The notes beneath the pieces were generated by a model. The model searched no databases. It was not told where the DNA came from and was given only the letters and a program-made list of their open reading frames with translations. Positions 12,401 through 22,549 of a DNA stretch of 64,000 nucleotides are shown one piece after another (within the stretch, counting starts at the first letter, position 1; each line of letters starts with the position of its first letter). Source of the DNA: an uncultured Nitrososphaeraceae archaeon (GTDB lineage Archaea; Thermoproteota; Nitrososphaeria; Nitrososphaerales; Nitrososphaeraceae); the NCBI GenBank assembly GCA_963837175.1, contig CAWIMJ010000057.1, positions 96,001-160,000 of the forward strand. The letters run 5' to 3'. Both the position numbers and the translations under genes were made by a program.

Positions 12401-13283
12401 ATTGATCGAATTAGTAGATGCGAGGAAGAAGCCTGTAACACCAACTATGGATATTTTTTTGGATAAGACACATAGGGTATCGAGAGAAAAGGCGCTTGAC
12501 GTAGCAAGAGAAATTATTTTTACCAGGGTAAGTGATTTAGTAGAAAAAACGGATACTGATTATAGCGGTATACTTTCATTTTATTTCTCTGAATCTAAGC
12601 TTGCAGAACGAGGATGTAAATTAGACGAAGTACAGGAGGTGCTAAAAGGATCGAAGAAGAAATATGAAATAAGCCTTAACGAAAAGAAGCAATTTATCAA
12701 AATCAACGTTTCTGACCAACCTGACGCTCAAACTCTTTTGACATTAAAGAACAAGCTACTCAATACTCGCGTCAAGGGGGTCCCTGACATTGAAAGAGTT
12801 ACAATTGTTAAACAGGATGAAGAATGGATCATCCAGACCGCAGGATCTAATCTTTCCAAAGTGGTGGCAATTGAAGGTGTTGATACCTCCAGAATTACTA
12901 CAAACAATGTCTATGAAGTTTGGCAAACACTAGGAATCGAGGCTGCCAGAACAGCTCTTGTTAAAGAGATCACAAACACCCTGGAGGAACAAGGCTTGGA
13001 AGTTGACACCAGGCATATTATGCTAGTGGCAGATCTTATGACATCCAAGGGATATCTACAACAAATTGGTAGACATGGTATTGCAGGAACTAAGACCTCT
13101 GTTCTTGCAAGAGCAGCTTTCGAAATTACAGTTCCAACGATAGCAAAAGCTTCACTAGAAGGTCAAATTGAAACATTAAGGGGAGTAACAGAAAACGTTA
13201 TAGTAGGTGCTACGGTACCTGTCGGCACAGGTATGGTTGATCTCTACATGAAGGTGAAAGAAGAAAATGGTCAAGACACTTGA
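9474..13283 (+). CDS. rpoA: RNA polymerase subunit A (Rpo1), fused A'+A''
   Basis: NADFDGDEMN catalytic motif and A''-type GEPGTQMTLRTFH in one 1269-aa ORF. Confidence 0.99.
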   Translation: MEESVKILGGIKFSVWSPIEVRKFSVAEITAPETYDEDGMPVQGGLMDNRLGTLEPGQKCATCGNTSAKCPGHFGHIELAEPVLHIAFVDDIHKLLLITCRSCNRIKLDPEELVKYKELRDSKAAYAVITLENVKDTIIEKAKKVKICPHCAKEQYDLIFTKPTIFVEKTEVGENRLLPITIRERLVHIPDDDLRLLGYDPTTARPEWFVLQVLAVPPVTVRPSIILETGIRSEDDLTHKLVDIIRVNQRLKESKEAGTPPLIVQDLVDLLQYHVTTYFDNEVSGIPQAHHRSGRPLKTLTQRLKGKEGRFRGSLSGKRVDFSSRTVISPDPNLEISNVGVPVDVAKKLTIPETVSQWSLERLKKLVINGPNIYPGANYIIRPDGVKIRLDYVTDRKTISDSVVAGYIVERHLSDGDIVIFNRQPSLHRMSIMAHYVRVLPYRTFRLHPAVCPPYNADFDGDEMNLHVPQSEEARAEAALLMKVQDQLISPRYGGPIIGGIRDFITGAFILTRDDTTLTREEFANLALIGGYTGVLPEPKLGKDARKVYSGKQLFSLFLPKDFNFIITSKWNKSAKREGKDVVIKNGELISGVIDKASIGAEEPDSVLHRITKDYGNDTARKFLDSILIMLKTYITHQGFSYGYSDLWLSDETRKEINDVIQKAYTKVNELIEQYKSGTLPLTRGLAPEEALELYVVNELSRARDRAGKNADRAFPDDNSGVIMASTGARGSTLNIGQMTAALGQQSIRGKRINKGYHNRSLPHFRTNDANPDAKGFVKSNYRDGLSPLEFFFHAMGGREGLVDTAVRTQQSGYMQRRLINALEHLKIEYDQTVRDPHGNIIQYLYGEDGIDPAKSDHGEAVNISRLIENESVIDEGKKATENEIKDIIEKYTETLNPRLRNSLETALFEKRLSKEGIEKVLKKTVDLIERAMTEPGEAVGVVTAQSIGEPGTQMTLRTFHFAGVKERNVTLGLPRLIELVDARKKPVTPTMDIFLDKTHRVSREKALDVAREIIFTRVSDLVEKTDTDYSGILSFYFSESKLAERGCKLDEVQEVLKGSKKKYEISLNEKKQFIKINVSDQPDAQTLLTLKNKLLNTRVKGVPDIERVTIVKQDEEWIIQTAGSNLSKVVAIEGVDTSRITTNNVYEVWQTLGIEAARTALVKEITNTLEEQGLEVDTRHIMLVADLMTSKGYLQQIGRHGIAGTKTSVLARAAFEITVPTIAKASLEGQIETLRGVTENVIVGATVPVGTGMVDLYMKVKEENGQDT

Positions 13284-13599
13284 GAAAATAATTAAGAACT
13301 CGATAAACGAGAACAAATACAAGAGTGGAACTAAGGAAGTATTACAATCTATGAAAGGATCAAAACTAATAGTTATGTCAAAATCGCTTGCTCCTGATGA
13401 TAGGTTAAAAATAGAAGAAGAGGCTGAATCTTCTAATATTCCTATCTACTGGTTTCAAGGTAATTCTGTTCAACTAGGAAAATTATGTAATAAGCCTTTT
13501 AGAATTAGTATCTTATCTCTAAAAAGTGGTATTGATGAAGAGATAAGTTCAATAATTTCTAACCGTTCTAAGGAAAGTCCATCGGTAAATAGATCATAA
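13267..13599 (+). CDS. rpl30e: Ribosomal protein eL30 (L7Ae/L30e family)
   Basis: GTKEVL, GNSVQLGKLCNKPFRIS; canonical position after rpoA. Confidence 0.88.
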   Translation: MVKTLEKIIKNSINENKYKSGTKEVLQSMKGSKLIVMSKSLAPDDRLKIEEEAESSNIPIYWFQGNSVQLGKLCNKPFRISILSLKSGIDEEISSIISNRSKESPSVNRS

Positions 13600-13964
13600 T
13601 ATTACTCATTTTCCTACCTTTTTATCCCCTGTTATGGTTCGCTATATTTTTATAAAATATTAAAAATTGAGACAATAACAGTTCTGTTCGATCTTCATTA
13701 AGAAAAATGGTAATTGCTTTTGAAATATAAGATAATAATATATCACCGTAATGAAAAGATAAAATGATTACATTATTAGAATAGGCACATTATCAAAGTA
13801 TAGGTTACAAAAGCTTATAGATAGGCCCATATGCTAAGAAGAAACCTCTTCATGTTAATTAATTTTCTTGCATCAAGACTTAAATTGCTCTTCTTCAAGA
13901 AGCATGAATTGTCGTTTGATGCTTCGAACTTCATATATAATTACTATTTCAGAGGCGCTGTGAG

Positions 13965-14444
13965 ATGACAGACAAGATTAAATTGACATCTGATGAATTA
14001 CGATTAATGTCTTTATTTCAGAGCATAACAAGTGCAACAGCGCGAGATTGTATTTTGGACGAAAGGATGGACCGTGTCATCTTTGTTGTCAATAAGGGAC
14101 ATATGGGTCTTGCTATCGGAAAAGGGGGATCAACAATCAAGCAACTACAGAACGTGGTTGCAAAAAAAGTTGAGCTAGTTGAATATTCTGATGATGTAAT
14201 CAAATTTATTTCTAATATATTAAATTCGGATCTGATAAATGAAATTAAGATTAACGAGAGGATAGACGGTACGAAACAAGCTGTTGTTGTTGTAGATGCC
14301 AAGAAAAAAGGGGTTGTGGTAGGTAGAGAAGGCAGAAATGCTGAAAAGGCAAGGATACTCGCAAAGCGATATTTCCAAATATCCAATGTCCTTATAGTAA
14401 GTGGAGAACAAACTCTAAATAATAACGAACAGGTGAATATATGA
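13965..14444 (+). CDS. nusA: Archaeal NusA (KH domains)
   Basis: MGLAIGKGG and VVGREGRN; synteny. Confidence 0.93.
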   Translation: MTDKIKLTSDELRLMSLFQSITSATARDCILDERMDRVIFVVNKGHMGLAIGKGGSTIKQLQNVVAKKVELVEYSDDVIKFISNILNSDLINEIKINERIDGTKQAVVVVDAKKKGVVVGREGRNAEKARILAKRYFQISNVLIVSGEQTLNNNEQVNI

Positions 14445-14882
14445 ATGGCTAAATCTCCGTTAGGATTGTTTGCTGGGCGTGTTCTAAAATCTAAGAGGAA
14501 CCGAGCCAGATGGGCAAATAAGTACTATAAAAGAAGAATGTTGATGCTGGACAAGAAGGCCAATCCATTAGAGGGTGCACCTCAGGCGAGAGGAATAGTA
14601 TTAGAAAAAGTAGGTATAGAATCAAAACAGCCCAACTCTGCCGTCAGAAAATGTGTCAGAGTTCAATTGATTAAAAATGGTAAATCAATAACGGCCTTTC
14701 TTCCACGAGACGGTGCCCTAAACTTCGTAGACGAACATGATGAAGTAGTGTTAGAAGGCATCGGAGGATCAATGGGAGGGGCAATGGGTGATATTCCCGG
14801 AGTTAGATGGCAAGTTTTTAAAGTAAATGGTGTTTCGTTGATCGAGCTTGTATATGGTAGGAAGGAAAAACCGAGGAGATAG
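14445..14882 (+). CDS. rps12: Ribosomal protein uS12
   Basis: [22 protein letters not shown]. Confidence 0.98.
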   Translation: MAKSPLGLFAGRVLKSKRNRARWANKYYKRRMLMLDKKANPLEGAPQARGIVLEKVGIESKQPNSAVRKCVRVQLIKNGKSITAFLPRDGALNFVDEHDEVVLEGIGGSMGGAMGDIPGVRWQVFKVNGVSLIELVYGRKEKPRR

Positions 14883-14884
14883 TA

Positions 14885-15493
14885 ATGAGCGGTAAAGAAC
14901 AAGTTAATATCATGTTATTCAATAAATGGGATGCAAACAAGATTGAAGTAACTGACGTAGGTCTACGTAGAGTAATCTCATTAACACCATCAGCAGTAAT
15001 TCCAATTACCTTCGGAAGACATGAGCACCAGAGGTTAAAGAAGTCTGATGTACATATAATAGAAAGATTATCCAATAAGCTGATGCATTTCGGAAAAAAA
15101 TATGCAAAGAACACAGGCAGAATGGGAGGAAAAAAAGCCCGTGTATTAAATGTAGTAAGGACTGCTCTTGATATCATCCATCTAGAAACCGGTAAGAATC
15201 CATTGGAATTGTTAGTAAGGGCAATAGAGAATGCATCTCCTAATGAGGATACTACTCGTATTGTCTATGGTGGTGTAGTATACCATGTTTCAGTAGACGT
15301 CGCGCCGCTACGCAGAGTAGATCTAGCTCTCCGTTTTATCGCCGAGGGGGTAAGGGAAGCAACATATTCTAATCCACAATCTATTGAAGAGGCGTTAGCT
15401 AGAGAGATAATCTTGGCAGCAAACAATGATATGTCTAGTCATGCGGTTAAGAAAAAGAATGAACAGGAACGGATCGCAATGGCATCTCGATAG
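14885..15493 (+). CDS. rps7: Ribosomal protein uS7
   Basis: SVDVAPLRRVDLALR, ERIAMASR. Confidence 0.98.
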   Translation: MSGKEQVNIMLFNKWDANKIEVTDVGLRRVISLTPSAVIPITFGRHEHQRLKKSDVHIIERLSNKLMHFGKKYAKNTGRMGGKKARVLNVVRTALDIIHLETGKNPLELLVRAIENASPNEDTTRIVYGGVVYHVSVDVAPLRRVDLALRFIAEGVREATYSNPQSIEEALAREIILAANNDMSSHAVKKKNEQERIAMASR

Positions 15494-15738
15494 TCCTCAA
15501 TTCTTTTGTCTTTTTACATTAACATTTTTATTTAGACCATAATATTCATATTTTATACTACAGCGAACATGATCCTGAAAAGTTGAGATGTTTATAAAAA
15601 GAGGTATATTAAAGTTATAATAAAATTAAAGATTAAGACATTTATTCTTGTACGCGCTCATTGGTTATTTGTAGAGCATTGGCAGTGGTTGACAACATAG
15701 ACGTATGTAAAATATGAAAGTTAAATACTGGAAATAGA

Positions 15739-16884
15739 GTGAGAGCAATACATATGAGTGGTAAGGACGAATACATTTTCACAAAATCTGCATTAACGAG
15801 CACAAAATGTGGAAAAGAAATTTTGAAACAAATTTTGCTTAGGAAAAACGGCTATAAACAATTTACTAAATATAAAAAAAAATATGAAGAGGAGTTTGAA
15901 GATTTTACAAAGAGATTCCTAATGTCGTTACACCATCGGATTATTTCTGATTCTAATCCATCTGTCACAATGAAAAAATTCAATGAAGAGGTTGGATCCT
16001 CAGAATTATTCCTAGAGGACAAGAAACTCAACGATGTTAAAACAAGACTATCCAGACCTGAAAATCTCACAGATAGAATACAGAGGATTTTAAATTCTAA
16101 TTTCGTAAAGATGGCCTTTCCCGTTTTAAATGCACTGTTTGACGGTGCTTCAGTCTACTATAACGAAGAAGTTTCAACCGACTTGAAAAATTCAATTATT
16201 GACGGTCATATTATAGCTGTCGATCTCAGTGAGCCAATGGATAGGATAATGGACAAGGATGAAGATGTCGAATACCTTGACGACTATAAACTTATGAATC
16301 CGTATATTCTGGAAGTTGCGAGAGAGAAAATTTCTAAAGGTGGCGACTCAGTATTGAAAGCATTTGAAGAGGGATTCAAAGACGCTAGAAGGGGGCAGTA
16401 CATAGATTATAATTTAAAGATCAAGCCAGAATCTATCAACTATGAAAATATGATACTCTCTTATAAGAAATATCGTGCGGTGATAGGAACCGCTGGAAGA
16501 AATATGGCATTCAACCGGGCTCCATTGAGTGATATTTACGACTTGGGTATGGCAAAAGCAGCAGAATGTGTTGGTTGTGGAAATGAGATTGAGGATTCTA
16601 TAAAGCAACGCTCAATTAAAATACCATCTTGGCCATTTTATTATTCGCTCATTAGCAGAGATGTTGAGAAAGCATTTGAAATAACAATGAAAAAGAGTGA
16701 AATATATTTGGAAGAAGCAAATCTTGCGATGGATATGCTTCCATTGGAATTTCAATTCAAGCCATTTCTAGAATTTTTATTTTTGACAGTTAACCATTAT
16801 AACCAATATTGGTATAACGAACTTAGAAGAGGTGACATATTCACTCTTTTACAAAAGGACTTTGATATAACAATAAGAATATAA
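15739..16884 (+). CDS. Hypothetical protein with class I isoprenoid synthase-like motifs
   Basis: 381-aa helical ORF; MDRIMDKDED, RRGQYID and GNEIED in prenyltransferase-like order; function is inference, coding status is solid. Confidence 0.6.
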   Translation: MRAIHMSGKDEYIFTKSALTSTKCGKEILKQILLRKNGYKQFTKYKKKYEEEFEDFTKRFLMSLHHRIISDSNPSVTMKKFNEEVGSSELFLEDKKLNDVKTRLSRPENLTDRIQRILNSNFVKMAFPVLNALFDGASVYYNEEVSTDLKNSIIDGHIIAVDLSEPMDRIMDKDEDVEYLDDYKLMNPYILEVAREKISKGGDSVLKAFEEGFKDARRGQYIDYNLKIKPESINYENMILSYKKYRAVIGTAGRNMAFNRAPLSDIYDLGMAKAAECVGCGNEIEDSIKQRSIKIPSWPFYYSLISRDVEKAFEITMKKSEIYLEEANLAMDMLPLEFQFKPFLEFLFLTVNHYNQYWYNELRRGDIFTLLQKDFDITIRI

Positions 16885-16927
16885 CAACCGCACATTTTTA
16901 TGTGGTTTTTTGTTGTGTAATTAATTT

Positions 16928-18166
16928 ATGATGTGGTCTGAAATTTACCGACCTATGAAAATTCAGCAGATGGTAGGAAATGAAGACGCTCGACTGGCAG
17001 CCGTAAAGTGGCTTTCAGGATGGGTAAATGGCAGCAGGCCCTTGCTTCTAATAGGCCCTCCTGGCACAGGTAAGACCACTCTTGTTCATACATTATCACA
17101 ACAGTTCAATTATGATATGATAGAATTGAATGCGAGTGATAACAGAAACAAAATAGGCCTTGAAACCCAGATTATGCCAATGTTTTATAATGATAGTATA
17201 CTTGGAAGAAAAATGCTGTTGTTCTTAGACGAAGTTGATGGAATTTCCAGCCGGGAGGATACAGGTGGAATTGATGCTCTGATATCTATAATGAAAGAGC
17301 CGACGATCCCTGTTATCATGTCCGCAAATGCTCGGAACCCAAGGGTTAAAGATTTATCAAAGATCTGTAAAGTAATAGAATTGAATTCGATTCCAGCCAG
17401 CACGTCAATGATATTACTAGATCATATTCTAAAGAAGGAAAACAAGCAATTAAGTTCAGATGATAAAGTTTCCGTTGTGAATAATAGTAAAGGAGACATC
17501 CGTTCAATGTTGAATAATGCACAGTCTAAATGCGCCGGATATAGCTCCACCCGAAGCGATACGTTTGAAATTGAGATTGCTGCAGCGATAAATGGTTATT
17601 TTTCTGTGACTGAACTCGAGAAAGCAGAGATATTCCTGTCCAATGCAGATGCTGCTTATTATGATCCACGCTTTGGGATGTCAGCCGAAGACAGAAGAAA
17701 AGATATGATAAACGCACTATTTACAAGCATAGTTTCTTCGCCTGCAGATTTAGAAAGTCTTGCAGGAGCGTTAGAGGTTCTTTCAAAGGTAGATATAATA
17801 GTTGGCAGAATAGGCGAAAACAGATATTGGAGGCTTATGAAATACCTCGAAGTTATGATTGCATATGGTATATTTAGAAATACTCGCAATAAGGGAATTA
17901 AATATAACCAATATGGCGTGTTCTGGCCTTTAATGAGACCTATTTTTGCCAGGGGTAAATCCATAAAAAATCTATTGTCAAATCTATCAAAGCAGACCCA
18001 TGTTACAAAAAGTGTCTTTGGATCAATTTATTTTCCATACCTTCTTCGATTGCTTTATGATAAAAAAATAGACCTGAAAGAATTGTCAAATATTCTAAAT
18101 CTTGACGAAAAATATAGTGAAGCGTTGGTAAAAGAAATGGATCTAATTAACAGAAATAAGAAATAA
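16928..18166 (+). CDS. rfcL: Replication factor C large subunit (AAA+)
   Basis: WSEIYRP, GPPGTGKT, IELNASD, LDEVDG, GDIRS. Confidence 0.9.
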   Translation: MMWSEIYRPMKIQQMVGNEDARLAAVKWLSGWVNGSRPLLLIGPPGTGKTTLVHTLSQQFNYDMIELNASDNRNKIGLETQIMPMFYNDSILGRKMLLFLDEVDGISSREDTGGIDALISIMKEPTIPVIMSANARNPRVKDLSKICKVIELNSIPASTSMILLDHILKKENKQLSSDDKVSVVNNSKGDIRSMLNNAQSKCAGYSSTRSDTFEIEIAAAINGYFSVTELEKAEIFLSNADAAYYDPRFGMSAEDRRKDMINALFTSIVSSPADLESLAGALEVLSKVDIIVGRIGENRYWRLMKYLEVMIAYGIFRNTRNKGIKYNQYGVFWPLMRPIFARGKSIKNLLSNLSKQTHVTKSVFGSIYFPYLLRLLYDKKIDLKELSNILNLDEKYSEALVKEMDLINRNKK

Positions 18167-18227
18167 GTGAAAAATCACAAGAATGGGGTGAGGTTGCAAC
18201 TTAAATACAAAGGCAGCTGAAAACATT

Positions 18228-18512
18228 GTGGAAAGGGACTATCTCCTGGAGACTATGATCTGTAGTCAAAATTCTCGAACTCTATCATACATAAGAAAGT
18301 GTTTTTCCAAAAGGTTATTGTCAAATTTCACTTTGACAAAAAAAGCGCAGTTGAAATGTTTTATTTGTTGTAACCCTTCGGAATCTGTAGTTTGTGCCTA
18401 TTACCAAGATTGGAGCGAACAATGGTTTTACAAGCATATTTGTAATATATGCCTACAGATTATAAAGTGTCGAAAATTCCATAACAACGCACTAAGAAAT
18501 TGTATAGAATAG
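18228..18512 (+). CDS. Possible small Zn-binding protein (start uncertain)
   Basis: CFIC...CNIC pair; no other support. Confidence 0.35.
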   Translation: MERDYLLETMICSQNSRTLSYIRKCFSKRLLSNFTLTKKAQLKCFICCNPSESVVCAYYQDWSEQWFYKHICNICLQIIKCRKFHNNALRNCIE

Positions 18513-18554
18513 TAAAGGTTCAAATTTAAATGCAATTAGACCTCTTCAATACAT

Positions 18555-18767
18555 ATGTCAAGTGAATACGAACAAAATGTAGGAAAGCTTCTCGCTAAGA
18601 AGACCGAAAAGTTAGAAGAATTGAAAAGGAATCCATCTATTAACAATGAACAGCAAAAAATGCTTATGACTGAAATAGAGACCCTACAATCTCTTTTCGA
18701 GAATTACAATCTGGGAATGAACTATTTTCGTAGAGCGCGTGGAGGAAGAAATGGTCTTAGAGAATAG
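18555..18767 (+). CDS. Small hypothetical coiled-coil protein
   Basis: ATG start preceded by a TATA-like tttaaa; protein-like composition. Confidence 0.7.
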   Translation: MSSEYEQNVGKLLAKKTEKLEELKRNPSINNEQQKMLMTEIETLQSLFENYNLGMNYFRRARGGRNGLRE

Positions 18768-18829
18768 CTTTATTTCTTTTCTGTATATGTCGTATGTGAT
18801 AACCCGTTTTTATCTCAAAATTTAAATCT

Positions 18830-19310
18830 AATAGATATTTATGCGTTGAGAAGGTTATTTTATAGTCAACTCATGTTAGAAGAAAATAGACTTAATGTCA
18901 CAAATATCTACAATATGGAAATGGTTTCAAAGGCAAAGATGACAAAAGTTGGTATTTTAATATAGAATCACACTATTATGTCAAAATTCATTCCAGATGG
19001 AATTCTCTTTAAAGTAGATGAAGAATTTGTGTTCCATGGATTACAATTAATCCATCAGATAAGATAACTCTTGGGTTTCATATTACTTTAGAAAGAAACA
19101 TATGCTTTCTGAACATAGGCATTCTTTAGTAAAGAGTATGGAAAACACAATATTTTCTGCAGATGGCGGGAGGACGTGGTATACCGGAGAGGATTAAGTT
19201 ACTGCAAAAAGACATCTTCTCTTTCTTCAGAGGGAAAAAGTATCAATGAGAGAGAGCAATCAATACATAAAAGATAGAATCCTGGAAGGCCGCATTCTTA
19301 TCTTGTTTAT
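18830..19310 (+). pseudogene. Heavily degraded IS6-family transposase relic (boundaries approximate)
   Basis: Fragments IWKWFQR, FIPDGILFKV, LGFHITLERN, LVKEYGKH, ADGGRTWY, QYIKDR spread across shifted frames. Confidence 0.7.
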
Positions 19311-19481
19311 GCAACGCATACTTGTGATTGATTATTTCTCATTGAAATATATTATGAACTTAGGTATGCATTGACTGAATTTTTTGCCTTGACTTGAGAG
19401 AGAATTAGAGTAGATTATATTAAATAGTAAATTTTATTGTAATGAATTTATATAGGCAATTCTTGGGATTAATACAAGGCC

Positions 19482-21023
19482 ATGCATGAAGATAAAATCA
19501 AGAGATTATACAATATGAAAAAAATGGCTGAGGAGGGCGGAGGCGAAGACAAGATCGAAGCTCAGCATTCCAAAGGTAAACTTACTGCAAGAGAAAGAAT
19601 TAGTCTTCTTTTAGACGAAGATACTTTTATTGAGATTGATAAATATGTAACTCATAGGAGCGAGGATGCTGAAAGTAAGAAATACTATGGTGATGGCGTT
19701 ATTACCGGATTTGGTAGAATCGATGGTCGCCAGGTTTTTGTGTATGCATATGATTTTACAATATTAGGAGGATCATTGGGTGAGATGGCAGGGAAGAAGA
19801 TTGTTAAGGTTATGGATCACGCTATAAATGCGGGGGCACCTCTTATTGGCATTATTGATTCTGGTGGAGCACGCATTCAGGAAGGCGTGACTAGTCTTGA
19901 CGGATATGGTGATGTCTTTTTTAGAAATACATTAGCATCTGGAATAATACCACAGATTACTGCAAGTATTGGTCCTTGTGCAGGCGGTGCTGTCTATTCT
20001 CCTGCAATGACAGATTTTGTTATTATGACTGAAAATGTTGCCCAGATGTTCGTTACTGGGCCTGAGGTGGTAAAGGAGGTTTTAAGTCAAGAAGTCTCAT
20101 TTGAAGAATTAGGTGGTGCCAGAACCCATGCTTCCAAATCTGGCGTAGCACATTTTGTTGCCAAAAATGAGTATGAGTGTATGGATAAAATAAAAAAATT
20201 GCTATCGTTTATTCCGCAAAATAATACAGAAGAACCTCCATTAATGCAGAGCATAGAGGATGTGAATAGAATTGATCCTAAAATTATAAACATTTTGCCA
20301 GAGAATCCATATGAACAGTATGACATGACTCAAATAATAAAATCGCTCGTTGATAGCGGGGAATTTTTTGAGGTTCATGAACTATTTGCAGAGAATATAT
20401 TGGTAGGTTTTGCAAGACTGGGTGGAAGGTCAGTAGGTCTTATTGCTAACCAGCCTATGTATCTGGCAGGTGCTCTTGATATAAACTCATCAAATAAAGC
20501 CGCACGTTTTATTCGATTTTGCGATGCTTTTAACATTCCTATTGTGACTCTTGTCGATACACCAGGATATCTTCCTGGAACTGATCAGGAACATAACGGC
20601 ATCATTAGACACGGAAGCAAGTTACTCTATGCATATTGTGAAGCAACTGTTCCAAAAATCACTTGTATTATCGGCAAAGCATATGGTGGTGCGTATATTG
20701 CTATGGGAAGCAAAAATTTGAGGACTGATGTAAATTATGCCTGGCCCACAGCAGAAATAGCAGTGCTTGGACCAGAAGCGGCAATTACCATTATACACCG
20801 AAGAGATTTGAAGGGATCTGCAGATGCGATAGCTACAAAAAAGAAACTCGCTAAGGAATATCGAGAAAAGTATGCCAATCCGTATATAGCAGCTGAGAAG
20901 GGTAATATTGATTTGGTAATAGATCCAATGGAGACAAGACCAATGATAATCCGGGCTATTGAGGCTTTAGTAAATAAAAGAGTATCAAGGCCATGGAAGA
21001 AACATGGAAATATAAACCTATAA
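19482..21023 (+). CDS. pccB: Acetyl-/propionyl-CoA carboxylase carboxyltransferase subunit (3HP/4HB cycle)
   Basis: GKLTARERI, DSGGARIQEG, GPCAGGAVYSPA, KKHGNINL. Confidence 0.96.
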   Translation: MHEDKIKRLYNMKKMAEEGGGEDKIEAQHSKGKLTARERISLLLDEDTFIEIDKYVTHRSEDAESKKYYGDGVITGFGRIDGRQVFVYAYDFTILGGSLGEMAGKKIVKVMDHAINAGAPLIGIIDSGGARIQEGVTSLDGYGDVFFRNTLASGIIPQITASIGPCAGGAVYSPAMTDFVIMTENVAQMFVTGPEVVKEVLSQEVSFEELGGARTHASKSGVAHFVAKNEYECMDKIKKLLSFIPQNNTEEPPLMQSIEDVNRIDPKIINILPENPYEQYDMTQIIKSLVDSGEFFEVHELFAENILVGFARLGGRSVGLIANQPMYLAGALDINSSNKAARFIRFCDAFNIPIVTLVDTPGYLPGTDQEHNGIIRHGSKLLYAYCEATVPKITCIIGKAYGGAYIAMGSKNLRTDVNYAWPTAEIAVLGPEAAITIIHRRDLKGSADAIATKKKLAKEYREKYANPYIAAEKGNIDLVIDPMETRPMIIRAIEALVNKRVSRPWKKHGNINL

Positions 21024-21037
21024 TATAGTGAACAAAA

Positions 21038-22549
21038 TTGGCAGCCAAAATTTCTAGCATTTTAATTGCAAACAGGGGTGAAATCGCTCTTAGAATTATA
21101 AGAGCTTGCAGAGAATTAGCAATAAAATCAATCGCGATTTATTCAGATGAAGACGCTAGATCAGTACATGTTAGAAGAGCAGATGAAGCTTACCATATTG
21201 GTCCAGCAGCCGCTTCAGAGAGTTATCTTAATATCAATAAGATAATTGAACTTGCCAACAGTGTAGGAGCAGATGCAATCCATCCTGGATACGGTTTTCT
21301 ATCCGAGAACGAAAAGTTTGCAGAGATATGTGAAAACAATGGGATCATATTCATTGGGCCGAAAAGCAAGGCAATGGAAGTCACAGGAGACAAAATGAAA
21401 TGTAAGGCTATTATGCAAAAAGCGAAAGTTCCAACTGTTCCAGGCAGTGATGGTATCATTGAGGATGTAGAACTCGCAGCAAATATAGCTCATGATGCGG
21501 GATATCCTGTTCTCCTAAAATCTGCGTTTGGAGGAGGAGGAAGAGGTATTCGACTTGCCAATAATGAAAAACAGTTAAAACAGGAATTCGAGATGGCCTC
21601 TGCAGAATCAAGAGCTGCTTTTGGAAAGGCTGCACTTTATGTTGAAAAATATCTTGAAAGAATTAGACATATTGAATTTCAGTTAATAATGGATTCCCAT
21701 AAAAATGGAAGACACATTTTCGAACGTGAATGTTCTATTCAGAGGAGACATCAGAAGCTTATTGAAATGTCTCCATCGCCAATTGTTGATAAAAAAACAA
21801 GAGAACGAATAGGAGAAATTGCTGTTAGAGCTGCAACTGCGGTAGATTATCTTAATGCAGGCACAGCCGAGTTCTTGCGTGATCAGCAAGGAAACTTTTA
21901 CTTTATAGAAATCAATTCTAGGCTACAGGTAGAACATCCTGTAACCGAACTTGTAACAGGAATCGATCTCGTTAAATTGCAAATTGCAGTTGCTCAAGGT
22001 GAAGAGATACCTTTCAAGCAAGAGGAACTAAAAATGCATGGGTGTGCTATTGAATGTAGGATTAATGCTGAAGACCCTTTCTCTGATTTCGCTCCCTCTA
22101 TTGGTATGGTTCCTAACTGCAATATTTCTAGTGGCCCAGGTATCAGAGTAGATACTTATCTATATCCTGGATGTAATGTATCAGGATATTATGACTCTTT
22201 GGTTGCCAAATTGATTAGCTGGGGCAACGATTTTGAAGAATCACGAATTAGGATGAAAAACGGCCTATCCGAGTTCACAATAGAAGGGATTAACACAACT
22301 ATTCCGTTATTTAAAACAATAATGGATGAACAAAATTTCATCAAAGGTGATCTTTCAACCGATTACCTAGAAAGATTCAGTATAATAAATAAAATGAATG
22401 AAGATGCAAAAAAAAGATCAAAGAAAAATTCATCTGCTGCTATTGCGACAGTCCTTTTGCAAACAGAATTTGTTAAGAAAAGTGGGCGGATTATCCCCAC
22501 CGACGTCGCACAGTCCAATTTAAGCTGGAAAAAAATGACGGGGAAATAA
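21038..22549 (+). CDS. accC: Biotin carboxylase subunit
   Basis: IANRGEIA, HPGYGFLSEN, GGGGRG, RECSIQRRHQK. Confidence 0.97.
   Translation: MAAKISSILIANRGEIALRIIRACRELAIKSIAIYSDEDARSVHVRRADEAYHIGPAAASESYLNINKIIELANSVGADAIHPGYGFLSENEKFAEICENNGIIFIGPKSKAMEVTGDKMKCKAIMQKAKVPTVPGSDGIIEDVELAANIAHDAGYPVLLKSAFGGGGRGIRLANNEKQLKQEFEMASAESRAAFGKAALYVEKYLERIRHIEFQLIMDSHKNGRHIFERECSIQRRHQKLIEMSPSPIVDKKTRERIGEIAVRAATAVDYLNAGTAEFLRDQQGNFYFIEINSRLQVEHPVTELVTGIDLVKLQIAVAQGEEIPFKQEELKMHGCAIECRINAEDPFSDFAPSIGMVPNCNISSGPGIRVDTYLYPGCNVSGYYDSLVAKLISWGNDFEESRIRMKNGLSEFTIEGINTTIPLFKTIMDEQNFIKGDLSTDYLERFSIINKMNEDAKKRSKKNSSAAIATVLLQTEFVKKSGRIIPTDVAQSNLSWKKMTGK

Noticed and set aside
9474-13283. Fused rpoA'/A'' as a novelty
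   Set aside because: Known trait of Nitrososphaerota; used only for taxonomic placement
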